This document shows positions 1 to 11,494 of a stretch of DNA of 64,000 nucleotides, in pieces. The first letter of the stretch is position 1; each line of letters starts with the position of its first letter. A program made the translations under genes and the position numbers. The notes below the pieces were generated by a model, which searched no databases, was not told the DNA's origin, and saw only the letters and a program-made list of their open reading frames with translations. Source of the stretch: Podarcis bocagei (Eukaryota); NCBI GenBank assembly GCA_964188305.1, contig OZ076900.1; one strand, given 5' to 3'.

Positions 1-143
1 TTTGGTAATTTTTGAACTGTTGCGAAATTTTGTTTCACTTGCTCTTCCAGTGTTAAGTCTCATCATTTACAGGGAACAATATACACTTTGTAGGGATGGA
101 AGGATCTCTCAGTTTTGGTTCTCAGTTTCTCATTTCTCCAATA

Positions 144-385
144 CAGTGGTACCTCTACTTACAATCCGTTTTGGGGTGTTGTTCACACCCCGAAAAGTCT
201 GTAAGCAGAGTGCCGCTACTGCATGTGTGCAAAGCGCAATAGAGCGCTTCTGCGCATGCGTGAAGTGCGCAGGTCGCTTCTGCGCATGCGCGCATGGTGA
301 ACCCGGAAGTAAACACTTCTGGGTTTGCCGCGTTCATAACCTGAAAAGCCGCAATGTGAAGCAAACGTAACATGAGGTATGACTG
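144..385. mobile_element. Tc1/mariner (Tigger-like) MITE, related family
   Basis: CAGTGGTACCTC...GAGGTATGACTG ends; CpG-rich GCGCATGCG body. Confidence 0.7.
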
Positions 386-790
386 CATTAAATTCAGTTC
401 TTCACATTTATGCAGGAATCTTTTTTTTTAAAAAAAAAACCTAATGAAAATTACTCAGCATTTTAGTGCAAATTTCTCCTTCATAAGCACTTTTTTGTAA
501 GCAGTTTTGACTAATGTATTAAGAGAAATTGCTTGCAAAAAATGCATTTTTACATGTTATTTTTCATTAATATATTTATTTTAATGCACACTTTAAATTT
601 TTATGTGCAGTTTTTAACAAAACATTGGTTGGAGAACCATATCATAAAACTGAGATAAGTGTGAATTTCAAATGACGGCTATGCTTGGGTTCTGATATTG
701 TTTTGGAAAGTGCGAATCTGAGAGATATATACTGAATCCAACATTTCCCCCATCCCTAACTCTTAGCAACATTTTCTGTCAGAGCCTTAC

Positions 791-930
791 CCTGGTTCTG
801 GAACCTTTGTAATTGTAAACAGATCCTCTCAATTCTATCTGTTCTCCACGGACAACAGAGTAGGGAACATGCACATCTATGAAGATGTTTTTCATTACCT
901 GCACCTGAAGTGCATCAGCAACACAGATAC
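791..930 (-). CDS. C5: Complement C5 exon 20 (gene continues beyond window start)
   Basis: GICVADALQVQVMKNIFIDVHVPYSVVRGEQIELRGSVYNY; 140 nt; donor gtaagg. Confidence 0.96.
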
Positions 931-1525
931 CTGTGTGAAAATCGAACAGGCAAACAAACAACACCATTTGTAAGTAGTATTTAGTATTTAGTAATTAATT
1001 AACCAGTCAGTATTTAATAGCATTTACTAATGCTTTTTTAAAACTACTGATGCACTTTATACATATGGGTGAGCAATATGGTTAGTACTAACAGAATTAA
1101 TAGCTTAACATGTTTATTAAAATACCATTAAAATGCTTTTTGGGAAGGAAGTGCTTTTTGTTTTAAATCTGCAGATTGATGTAGGAAATGGAACAGAATG
1201 GAATTATGAGTCAAATACGTGGAAGTTTACCCATTCCTTATGATGATGGTTAACATCATGGACGTTTTTAATGCTTTGATGGAATTGCTTTGTTTTGTTT
1301 TTTTAATTATGTATGGATTTTATCATTGATGTTACAAACAACTTAGAAGGCCATATTGGCATGTAAGCAGTATATAAAACCCATTTTCTGATCTTAATGC
1401 CCTTACAGGGGAAGATGGGTTTAATGTTGTTCAGGTTGGCAGCCATCTTGTGCCAAAATATTCCATGCTTTAACTATGCACAATACAAAGAAAGACTTCC
1501 TTTTTTCATCCTGAATCTCCCACCA

Positions 1526-1580
<55 letters not shown>

Positions 1581-1735
1581 CTCTCCTGAAAGACATCCCA
1601 ATTCTCCTCTGTGTATTGGACAAGTAGGTCAAGCAACGCTGGAATCTCAGAGGTCCCCAATTGTCTCATTTTTCATATAAAATTTCACTCGCTCACTAAG
1701 AAGGGCTACAACAATATGAGACATTTTATACATAC

Positions 1736-1812
1736 CTTTGTCTGAAATGCTAACTCCTTGTATTTCCCAGGTGGTGATAGAATCTGGCAATGTCACAGGA
1801 AGAGCCTTTGAA
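1736..1812 (-). CDS. C5: Complement C5 exon 19
   Basis: SKALPVTLPDSITTWEIQGVSISDKG; LPDSITTW motif; 77 nt. Confidence 0.96.
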
Positions 1813-2391
1813 CTGCATTTATTAGGAGGGGGAAATGCAAACACATCAAAAAAATGTAGCTAACAAGCATCAGTCAAAATTTTTAAAAAATATGCTACAA
1901 AAATGCATTATCTTATAGCAAAAAAATGTGTATATTAGAAATTTGCACTAAAATGCTGGTGAATTTTCAACAGGTTTTTTAAAAAATAAAATCACAGATT
2001 GTGGCAGAAATCTGGAAAACTGAAAAATGAGGAACTAAGAGAATCAAAACTCACAAATCTGTCCATCCTTACTTGAATAGCTGGGGATTGTGAGACCTCC
2101 AGGTATAGGGCGGTATATAAATTCAATAAATAATAAAAATTGAACTTGGGACCTTCTTCATGTAAGTTGTATGCACCGAGACAGTGCTCAATCCACTATA
2201 AGGAAGCTACCAGACAACTATCAGACCACTGATCCATCTAGTTCAGTCCTGTCTATACTGGCTGGCAGCAGTTCTCCTGGGTTTAGCTGTGAAAATGTTC
2301 TCAATGGATACTTCAGCTCATTCAAGAGAGCAGTTTCACTCTAGGCCACAGCTGAAGTCAAAATGACTGAGTCTCTCCCAGAGTACTGTAC

Positions 2392-2476
2392 CTGTGAACT
2401 GGGTGAACCTCCCATAGCCAGCTTTCAGGAAAATAGCTTCGGATCTCTGGATCCAAATTCAACATGGCATCAAGGG
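2392..2476 (-). CDS. C5: Complement C5 exon 18
   Basis: [28 protein letters not shown]; FPESWLW motif; 85 nt. Confidence 0.96.
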
Positions 2477-2677
2477 CTGGAAAATATTTTTTAAAGGAAT
2501 TTCAGAAAATTAGAAAAGTCAGCCAGTAGTCAGGAACTGCTAGGACCAGCACAGAGATGTGGAACCTGTAGTCCTTAGAGATGCTGTTGGACTCCCGCTC
2601 AAATCAGCCCTAGTCACCATGGCCAGTGATCAAGGGTGACATGCTCATTTGTATGGATCAGTTCCATATAGTGCGTA

Positions 2678-2903
2678 CAGTGGTACTTCGAGTTAAGAAC
2701 TTAATTCATTCTGGAGGTCCGTTTTTAACCTGAAACTGTTCTTAACCTGAAGCACCACTTTAGCTAATGGGGCCTCCTGCTGCTGCCGCGCCGCTGGAGC
2801 ACGATTTCTGTTCTCATCCTGAAGCAAAGTTCTTAACCCGAGGTACTATTTCTGGGTTAACGGAGTCTGTAACCTGAAGCGTACGTAACCTAAGGTACCA
2901 CTG
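2678..2903. mobile_element. Tc1/mariner (Tigger-like) MITE family A
   Basis: TIRs CAGTGGTAC.../...GTACCACTG, TA TSD; four further copies in the window. Confidence 0.85.
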
Positions 2904-3793
2904 TATTGCATTTTCTCTCCTGCCTCCCCGCCCCGCCCCTTTTTGGCAATGGAGGCTAGTTTTTAATAGGTGCACCTTGGCTATAGGTTGTGGAAGACCT
3001 TTCAGGCCTTTTCTACCTATCCTAGGAGAACAGCGCCCTGGCTAACTCCCGCTACAAAAGCTGAGGCTGCTGAGCAGACTCTTGAGCTGAGGGAAGGTTT
3101 AGTCAGTGGGTGTTGTTGTTTTTTTTGGGGGGGGTTGCTAATGTTGTTGATGTTAAATGTGGAAATTGTTCAATTTGATTGTGTTCTTTTTGATGTTTTG
3201 TTGTGTATGACTACTTCTGTTATGTTCATTATGTAATTTTTTATATTTTGTGAGCCACCTTGAGCATTGAGTTTTAACTTTGGAAAGGCAGAATAGAAAT
3301 AAAACGATTGACTGGTTGATTGTCATTACAGCAAATACTATTTACGTACTAAACATTTATAACTATAATAGGAAACTTGCACGTTTAGGAGAATCTAATG
3401 GGAAATCTTGAGGAAATTTTGTAGTTCCATCAGCATCTCCACACTGTCAACATTTTGCAATAAGGATTCAATCAAAACTGTATCCAACTAAGGTTTACCC
3501 TAAGTGGACACATTGAAATGAATTGACCTAAGTTCATCATGCTTGTTAAATTCAGTAGTACTACTTGGAGGACTAGAATCGGCTAGAACCCTGTGTTTAT
3601 GTAGTTAAAGTACTCAACAAATTTGCTTAATAATGAGGAATTGCGATTGGGGAAGTGCATTAAAAAGTTTGAGATGAATGAATGTCTCACAGGAAGATGT
3701 GTAAACACCCCAAAAGCAAATCAGGATGAAGGCAGTATGAATGCTCATTGCCATACAATCTTCCCATGAACAAATCAGTAAAGACAGGATATA

Positions 3794-3962
3794 CCGTATT
3801 TTTTGCACCATAACACTCACTTTTTTCCTCCTAGAAAGTAAGGGGAAATGTCTGTGCGTGTTATGGAGGGAATGCCTACGGGTGGCATGCCTACGGATTT
3901 TCCTCCTCTAAAAACTATGTGTGTGTTATGTTCGGGTGCGTGTTATAGAGCGAAAAATACGG
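3794..3962. mobile_element. Tc2/pogo-like MITE
   Basis: TIRs CCGTATTTTT / AAAAATACGG; TA TSD; near-identical to 37007-37175. Confidence 0.85.
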
Positions 3963-4283
3963 TAATCTGTTATGAGTTTGGGGAAGGTTGGGGAACCAGT
4001 CAAGAATGTTCATCTGTGGATGAAGACTAGATGGTCACTTTAGTACTCCACTTTAAAGGAATGAGCTGGGCTGCAGTTAGCTGCCTCTAAGTGAGAAAGA
4101 ATCAAAGGTGTAACAAGTGGGACCAGGCTAAGGAGTTGCATGTGAGTGAGCTGGAAGAGATTGATGCTGCAGGAACTGGGGATAGAGACATGACTTGCTC
4201 TGTGCGGGATCTAGAGCTGTGACAAATGGAAAAGCAATATATTTCGGAGTGTTGATACAGTGAGCCCCTCCATCCTATGCCCA

Positions 4284-4285
<2 letters not shown>

Positions 4286-4329
<44 letters not shown>
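4286..4329. repeat. (GT)n microsatellite
   Basis: Direct read; others at ~1527-1580, 7728-7768, 15630-15675, 18253-18300, 41672-41750, 57495-57525. Confidence 0.95.
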
Positions 4330-4333
<4 letters not shown>

Positions 4334-4613
4334 CAAACTGTATATCCTAAAGACTCCACAGTCTCTGTTGACCTTCTTACCAGAGGAACCGAGCCCTGGA
4401 TAAGCATACAACCCCACATCCACTGCTTAGGGTGGCATGCAACATCTAACATCCACACAAGCTTTCTGCAAGCAGATCAGGGTGACTGCTTGAACATCAG
4501 ACCCCAATTTGATTGGCTGACCAAAACATCTGTTCGTTCCATTCATCTCCTTTGTTTAAAATCCCCTGTGAAACAGTAGCATGCCTCCAAATGGTGTCAA
4601 GGGGTAATGTTAC

Positions 4614-4817
4614 CTTTTCTCGCCAGTATTAAAACCTTGTGAGTTTCATTCCGCCGCAGGTTTTCTGCAGTTTCGCAGCAGCGCTTAAAAGCTGCTATGC
4701 AAAGGCGACCACCAGACTTAATGCGGTTGGCTCTCTCGGCACAAGTTTGCATGATGGGATACAGTTCTGCTCCAGTTCTACAGCAGCTCCGAAGGTCTTG
4801 TCTTTTAAAGTATGTTA
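4614..4817 (-). CDS. C5: Complement C5 exon 17 (C5a anaphylatoxin domain)
   Basis: VTYFKRQDLRSCCRTGA...TCAERA...LCIAAFKRCCETA...VLILARK; CC-C-C-CC anaphylatoxin pattern; 204 nt. Confidence 0.96.
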
Positions 4818-6023
4818 CTGAAATGACAATGCATAATGCTAGTCTCTTTCTCATGGCATAGTAAAATCAGTACCAGTTTCAGGTTTCGGGTGTGTCCCTG
4901 TTAGGGATGTGGATAAAATTTATTATGGGAGTCCCATTTCCCCATTTTCATTTCTTTTTGAATTTGCATACTGCCTTCCTACATTGCTGTTAGGGATGGA
5001 GGGAATCTGTATGCATTTAAAGCTAAATCTTATCAAATTCAGACTTTCTGAAACAAGATGTGCAATGAAACACAAGCTGGCCTTTGAAATCATCTGAGTT
5101 TTGCAATGCAATACTCCAGTGAAAAAATGCTTACAAGAATGTATATATTAGATGGAAGTGCGCATAAAAATGAAAATATAAGTGAAAAATAAGATACAGA
5201 AATGCATTATCTTAGGGATATTGCTTCCAAGAATGATGGATTTAAAAGAGGATTTTTTAATATTCCCAAAACCCCTATAGAATGTGGAGAACTGAATTTA
5301 AGATTGAAAAACCAAAACTGATGGATCCTTCTATCCCTAATTTCCAAGACAGTTTACAAGTCGTTGTGAAAAACATGACTATAAAAATAAATACAACAGT
5401 TCCTCAACAGGGAGAAATTTAATTTTGTTTGCATTTTTATGAGAAACTTCCTAATTTATGCTTCTCAAACCAATTATGAGCTGAAAAGCAGCTTTCCTTT
5501 GCAATTCATACTTCATCGAAGTTTGTGATGCAGTTCTCCAGCCAAATAATGTATATAAAAATGCATATAATTGTGTGCAGTAAACACATATATAAGTGGA
5601 AACAACATTAAAAGTCATTATCAGGGAAAATGGATTTCAAAAGTGTGCATATTAGTTAAAGCTTTACACAAAATTTTGTATAATGGGAGAAATGTTCACT
5701 AATATTTCCATGAGCATTTTTTAAAATTGCAGATTGATGCAGAAATGTAGAGAACTGAATATAAGTTTGGAAAAATGAGAAGCCAAGAGAAGATGAAATA
5801 GACAGATCTATCTGTCCCTGTCCTCTGGGCAAAATGTTACGCTCGACTCCCATCTGTGGCAGCCACCCCCATCTTAAGTTACCCATAATGCAGTGCCCAA
5901 GCCCTTAGATCTATGAAATCATAGATATGATTAAGAAAACCAAATATATTTCCCACAAATCGCTTGGTTCCCCTCTTCAACACAAAAAATGCTATTGAGT
6001 AAAACATCTGGCATATGCTGTAC

Positions 6024-6089
6024 CCATTTTGTCGATTTCCTCTTCGATGGTGGACCGTGAGGATCTTACAACAGATTGACAAGCTTCAT
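6024..6089 (-). CDS. C5: Complement C5 exon 16 (beta/alpha junction, start of C5a)
   Basis: DEACQSVVRSSRSTIEEEIDKM; 66 nt; phase 1/1. Confidence 0.93.
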
Positions 6090-6242
6090 CTGTGGAAACA
6101 AATCAAAGATAAAACCAGTGGCAATGGAGAGAAACGTGTTTTTATAAAGCTGGCAGCGAAATGAAAAAGCCTTGACACCCCAGATATTTAGGGAGGACTT
6201 GCGAAAAGGTGTCACTTTGTGGTTAAAAGGGATGGGGGGCAC

Positions 6243-6372
6243 CTGTTTCTGTTGAATCATCAGCATTCGCATTGGTCAGGAAGGTGAGTCCAGCCCTTCG
6301 AAACACGTCGACATTGCTTTGTCCCCCACCAGCACCACAACCAAGGTCACTTGTTTCCAACTGCAAAATTGC
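6243..6372 (-). CDS. C5: Complement C5 exon 15 (LNK)
   Basis: [40 protein letters not shown]; 130 nt; DLGCGAGGG motif. Confidence 0.96.
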
Positions 6373-6535
6373 CTATGGGGGGAGGAAAAGGACAAGAGGG
6401 GAGGACTATTTTCAGCTTATATTATCAGGGGTAAGAAACCTGTGAGCCTCCAAATGCCACTCCCACCTTCCCTGACCATTGGTCATGCTGGCTAGGGATA
6501 ATGGGAGTGGGGGGGGGCTTAGGAAACACCATATA

Positions 6536-6774
6536 CAGTGGTACCTCTGATTACATACTTAATTCGTTCTGGAGGTCCGTTCTTAGCCTGAAACTGTTCT
6601 TAACCTGAAGCACCACTTTAGCTAATGGGGCTTGCTGCTGCGGCCGCGCTGCCGAAGCCTGATTTCTGTTCTCATCCTGAAGCAAAGTTCTTAACACGAG
6701 GTACTATTTCTGGGTTAGCAGAGTCTGTAACCTGAACCGTATGTAACCTGTAATTTAAAACCACTGTACCACTG
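6536..6774. mobile_element. Tc1/mariner MITE family A
   Basis: Same body as 2678-2903; right end rearranged. Confidence 0.8.
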
Positions 6775-7363
6775 TAATTTAAAACAAGGATGAGGAACCT
6801 GCGACCTTCCACATGTCACTGGACTACAACTCACATCTTCTACTACCATTGGACTTCAACTTGCACCTGCCCCAGCCAGCATCGCCAATGGTCAGAGATA
6901 ATGAGAGTTGGAGTCAAACAATATTACATTCTGTATATTTAAATGAACTTATTCAAATATTATATGTTCATTGTCAAAATACGCATGCTGTAAATATGAA
7001 ACATAGACGTAGGGAAACTCAGGCGCTGGAGCCGAATGTGACCTGCACCCAAGGTCAGATTACTCACTGGCCCTGCTTTGCACCCTCCTTGAGTGTTTTT
7101 GCCTGGCCGGAATGTTTCCTTGAGCTCTGGGAATGCTCCTTGTTCGTCTAGCTAGAGAGAGGTATGTGAATGTGTGCAGTAACTAGACTACTGCATGAAG
7201 TTAACATTTATATTCACAGTTCTGCCCACCATGGGCATTTGTGCCCCCGGAGGGTGGCCCCAGAGGGATTGAGGCCCTTGGGCTGAGAAAGGTTCCCTGC
7301 CCTTGGTGTAACAAAATGCAAACAGGTTTTTGTTTTGTTTTGTTTGGAGCATAAGTACGCAAC

Positions 7364-7513
7364 TCTTTCCATGGGCCTTGTCTTCGATCTTGTGATGCCG
7401 TAGATCGCCACATCCATAGATGACAAAGCAACCAAAGAGTCAAACTGGGTTTTCAAAGAAAGCAAAATGGAATCTCCTGGGCTGTGTGACCTTTCACTTG
7501 TTAATAATTTAAC
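7364..7513 (-). CDS. C5: Complement C5 exon 14
   Basis: VKLLTSERSHSPGDSILLSLKTQFDSLVALSSMDVAIYGITRSKTRPMER; 150 nt. Confidence 0.93.
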
Positions 7514-8040
7514 CTATATAGGAGAAGAGAGGGGGAAAGAGGATTCACTAAAGGAAATCCATTATTTCAATGGTACCTAACTGGGTCCCAGTTTTCTCTA
7601 AAGTGTGTGCATTTAAAAAAAAAAATACACACACACACAATGGAGAAATTCACACTCCTCTAAGGTTTGAAATTCAGTTTTCCCCCCAAGTAGCAAACCT
7701 TGAGTCCTAGTTCTGGGAGAAAGGCAATACATACATACATACATACATACATACATACATACATACATAACTGGGGCTCAGCATACACATACACCCATAT
7801 ATTAGTTGGAGGTGGGGAATTAAAAATGCATTATTATTTTTTGCAAGATTACTTTGAAAAAATGTGCTTTTAGGCAATGTTGCTTTAGAAAAAGGTGTTC
7901 GCATAAAATTTTTCATGAGGACAATTTTAATCTTTTTTAAAGATGCAATGAAATAAATTGCAAAGTGACGTGGGGAAGTGTTCAGAAAAATGGGAGAAAC
8001 CAAACTGGTCAGTGTCACCAACCCATTACATGTTACTCAC

Positions 8041-8250
8041 CTCAAGGCTGTTTCCACATTTCTGTTCTACATTTAACCAGACTGAATCAGCTACCAACTC
8101 TGCAGCTCCCTCTCCTGTAACTATGTAGTAGACAAGTAGGCGGGCTGAAGGGACCATTTCCTTCGTTAGCTGAAATCTTAGACTTTGATAAGTGGAGTCT
8201 TTAACTCTCTCCTGAGTCCCGTGGGTTTTTATTTTCCCTTTGGATAAGAT
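8041..8250 (-). CDS. C5: Complement C5 exon 13
   Basis: ILSKGKI...[39 protein letters not shown]; 210 nt. Confidence 0.96.
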
Positions 8251-8405
8251 CTAAAGGAAAGGAGGAAAGGAACTAAGTTAAAAACAATGGGCTTTGGATG
8301 AGAGAGAGAGAGATCTCCAGGGAAGGCTGGGAGAGAACCCTACTTGAAACATGGAGAGCTGCTTCCAATCAGTGCAGACCATACTGGGCTTGGCCCTGAC
8401 TCAGC

Positions 8406-8646
8406 CACTGGCAGAGGAAGAGGAGTGCGGGGGGAGCACACCACCCCCAGCAGCATGATCCCAGTGGGGTGCCATCGCGGCTGCCCCCCACCTGCACTGG
8501 GCGCCACGCCCCCGCAGGTGGTGTGCCATGCCCCCAGGACATGCGCCACACCCCTGTAGGTGGCATGTCACACCCCCGGGACGCGCGCCAGCCCCGCCCC
8601 CGCTTGCTCCCCCCCCCCTGTGATGGAGCATGAAGCTCCGTCACTG
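8406..8646. mobile_element. hAT-type MITE (GC-rich)
   Basis: 8-bp TSD GACTCAGC at 8398-8405 and 8647-8654; imperfect TIRs. Confidence 0.8.
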
Positions 8647-9472
8647 GACTCAGCATAAGGCAGTTTCCTACAAAACTGACATTGAGAATCAACAATGTGC
8701 TTTGCTTGATGAAACCCTAAAAATGCCAGAGTAATTGGCAGTGAAATTGAAGAGGGCAATTTCAAAGAGTTAGCAGAGTGTAACGTGCTCTAGAGCTACA
8801 ATGATTAAGGTGTCGTATCTTTCTGAGACACATCATTGCAGGAGGTGATTTACAGGACAACATGTTGTGTGGCAAGTCTATTGGGTTGTATCCAGTGTTA
8901 GTCCTACTCAGAGTAGACCCATGGAAATTATTTGAACTAAGTTAATCATGGTCATTAACTTCAACAAATCCACTCTCAGTAAGACTGGTACTGGATACAA
9001 TCCTGTATCCACTGCTTAGAAAAAGCTTTTTGCACTTCTCTTCTCGTTCAGAGTGGAAGGGTAGGCGGGTGTTCAATCCTGGCAGTAAATGAGATGTTGG
9101 CATGTTTAAGCGGGGAGGGGGGGGTTGGTTCAATGTAGGAGAAAATGAGCCAGTGCAGACCTGAGCAGGAACAGTGAAAGGTCTCATCCACATTATGAGT
9201 GACTGAGACCCTTTGTGAGCACCATAGGAGGTATATGTAAGCAACACTGGTGCCTCTGCTTTAGTATACATAACATTGAAGAAAGCATAGTGAGAGACAG
9301 ACTTAAATACTTGTGAATTTGCTGGTCTTTTGTGTCACCCAAAATCTCCTGGTTGAGGTGGCCGCTTCATAGCATGCAATGGCAGGATGAGACCTGGAAG
9401 CTTGAGGGACAATTCAATGCAATTAAAGACAATACATTAAGAGGCAAGTGGGTTGTTTTCTTCTGTGCGTAC

Positions 9473-9676
9473 CAAATAGCTATAGTGATGTATTTTATCA
9501 AGATAGTGGCTTGATGGGTGTATGTTGATGTGAAGGGTATCACCCACACGTAGCAACTGGTGGTTTGAAGCCCAGTCGATGTAAAGGTAACTTCCACTGA
9601 GGGAAGCATATGATTTTGCCTCGTAGCTTTCACTGGCCTGATTTTCTTCTGGTAAACTGGTATCTGCGGTTTTTAT
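9473..9676 (-). CDS. C5: Complement C5 exon 12
   Basis: IKTADTSLPEENQASESYEAKSYASLSGSYLYIDW...DKIHHYSYL; 204 nt. Confidence 0.95.
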
Positions 9677-10428
9677 CTGGAAATGATAGGAAACAAAATG
9701 AATTTAAATCCACAGGGGCAATAAGAGTCTAAAAAAGTACAAGTCAACAGGCAGGAAGGTCTAGGAAACATCAGTCGCTCAGAGGATAAGTGTTGGATGC
9801 AGAAGGTCTCTGATTCAATCCTCAGCATCTCCATGTAGGGCTTAGAGTTCCAGCTACATGAAACCCTGATGAGTCCCTACCAGTCCGTGTAGGCAATGTT
9901 GAGCTAGATGGAACAATGATCTGACTCAGGATAGTGCAGCTTCCTTGGTTCCTATAACCTCCTATCAGCTGAGGGTCCACTTATTTTGTCATGACTGCCA
10001 TTCCTTCCCCCACACTCTGGGAACCTGAGGGTGCCTTGAGAGCCACTGACAAGTCAGCACTGACAATACCGAACAAGGTAGACCAATAATCAATATAACA
10101 GATGAATCAATTAAATGTTGTAGTTCAAGTCTTAACATGAAACACATCTCATTTTCCCAACACCTCTTGCTGTCAAGTTTCTAAATATGGTTTAAGACAG
10201 GCACTCTCCCTCCCTTTGGGGGGGGGGACACACACTCAGTATACTTTTTAGTAGTATTTTTTGTTGTAATGCACTGTGTTTAAATATAAAAATCCAGTTT
10301 TCAAGGTCACCCTTCTGAACTAGAAAGCGGGGCGGGGAATGTTCCAAATGCGCTGCACACAGGCCAAAATATACAGTCTCAAAGTACAGCCTGTACAAGA
10401 ACGGAAACCCGAAAAGAATTTAACTCAC

Positions 10429-10629
10429 TCGAAACTCCAGCACTTTGCAGTCAGAAGGAATATTAACCACAAATAAAGCTGTCCCGTCGTTCTGGCTTGT
10501 TTGCCTTCTCCCAGATTCTGCACCTTCTTGAACTAACACGTTCTCTTCCATTTGCTCATTGAAAGCAGTAGCCGTGAAGACAATGGGTATGTTTCTAGCA
10601 GGGGCATCTGCCGTATCCTTCACCTGCAC
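10429..10629 (-). CDS. C5: Complement C5 exon 11
   Basis: VQVKDTAD...DGTALFVVNIPSDCKVLEFR; 201 nt; donor gtgagt. Confidence 0.94.
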
Positions 10630-10959
10630 CTATTAGCACAGAAACAAAATCATTTCACTATAATATACAATCTTCTTTTAAAGAAGGGATGGGAAGCTCT
10701 TTTCAACCTGAGGGCCACCTTCCATGGGCCATGGGCCAGCTGGGGGCAAAAGTGAGCAGAGCAACAGGTGTAATTTTTACCTTTGCACTGTTGAGTAGTT
10801 TACAACACAGACACATACTATCCTAAAATTCTCCAAAAAAACCCCCCACAAGTTAGCTGTTCTACATACACTTGCTAGAAAACTTGATACTGATTAGGAT
10901 CCAGTCAATGTCTAAATCTCAGGTAAAGATTTTTGTGTGAGAGAGAAAGCTTCTATCCA

Positions 10960-11108
10960 CAGAATCACAGCACTGTAGAGTTGGAAAGGGACCCTAAGAA
11001 TTATCTAGCCCAACCCCTGCAATGCAGGAATATGCAGCTGTCCCATAAGGGGAACGAACCTGCAACCTTGGAGTCATCAGCACCATGCTCTAACCAACTG
11101 AGCTATCC
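10960..11108 (-). mobile_element. tRNA-derived SINE with CR1-like 3' end
   Basis: Head GGATAGCTCAGTTGGTTAGAGCATGG...GGTTCG; tail ...CCCTTTCCAACTCTACAGTGCTGTGATTCT. Confidence 0.7.
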
Positions 11109-11337
11109 TTGAGATTTTCTAGGCTGTGCCCATGTATTAAGACAAGCCACCCGAAAGTTATCTGGAGTTAATTACTTTCGCTTCAGGCAAAATGAGTCTT
11201 ACAAAATTAAGACTTCATGTTATGCCCTCAGTGTTTCCAAATGGTGTCTATAAGGAATTGCCCTTGGGGCACCATTTCTTTGTGTTTCATTCCACTCGCT
11301 ACACCACCCAGTGTCCTCTACATAAATATCTGTCTGA

Positions 11338-11494
11338 GTGCGCTGCTCTGGTTCACCAGAAGCGGCTTAGTCATGCTGGCCACATGACCCGAAAGCTGTA
11401 CGTCGGCTCCCTCGGCCAGTATAGCGAGATGAGCGCTGCAACCCCAGAGTTGTCCATGACTGGACCTAACAGTCAGGGGTCCCTTTACCTTTAC
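11338..11494 (+). mobile_element. Sauria SINE 3' half
   Basis: GCGCTGCTCTGGTTCACCAGAAGCGG...CCCTTTACCTTTAC. Confidence 0.88.

Noticed and set aside
8340-8765. Cluster of overlapping GC-rich ORFs resembling a CpG island
   Set aside because: Explained by a hAT MITE with an 8-bp TSD.
11035-11108. tRNA-like sequence on the minus strand
   Set aside because: The cloverleaf is degenerate and runs directly into a CR1-like tail; it is a SINE head, not a tRNA gene.
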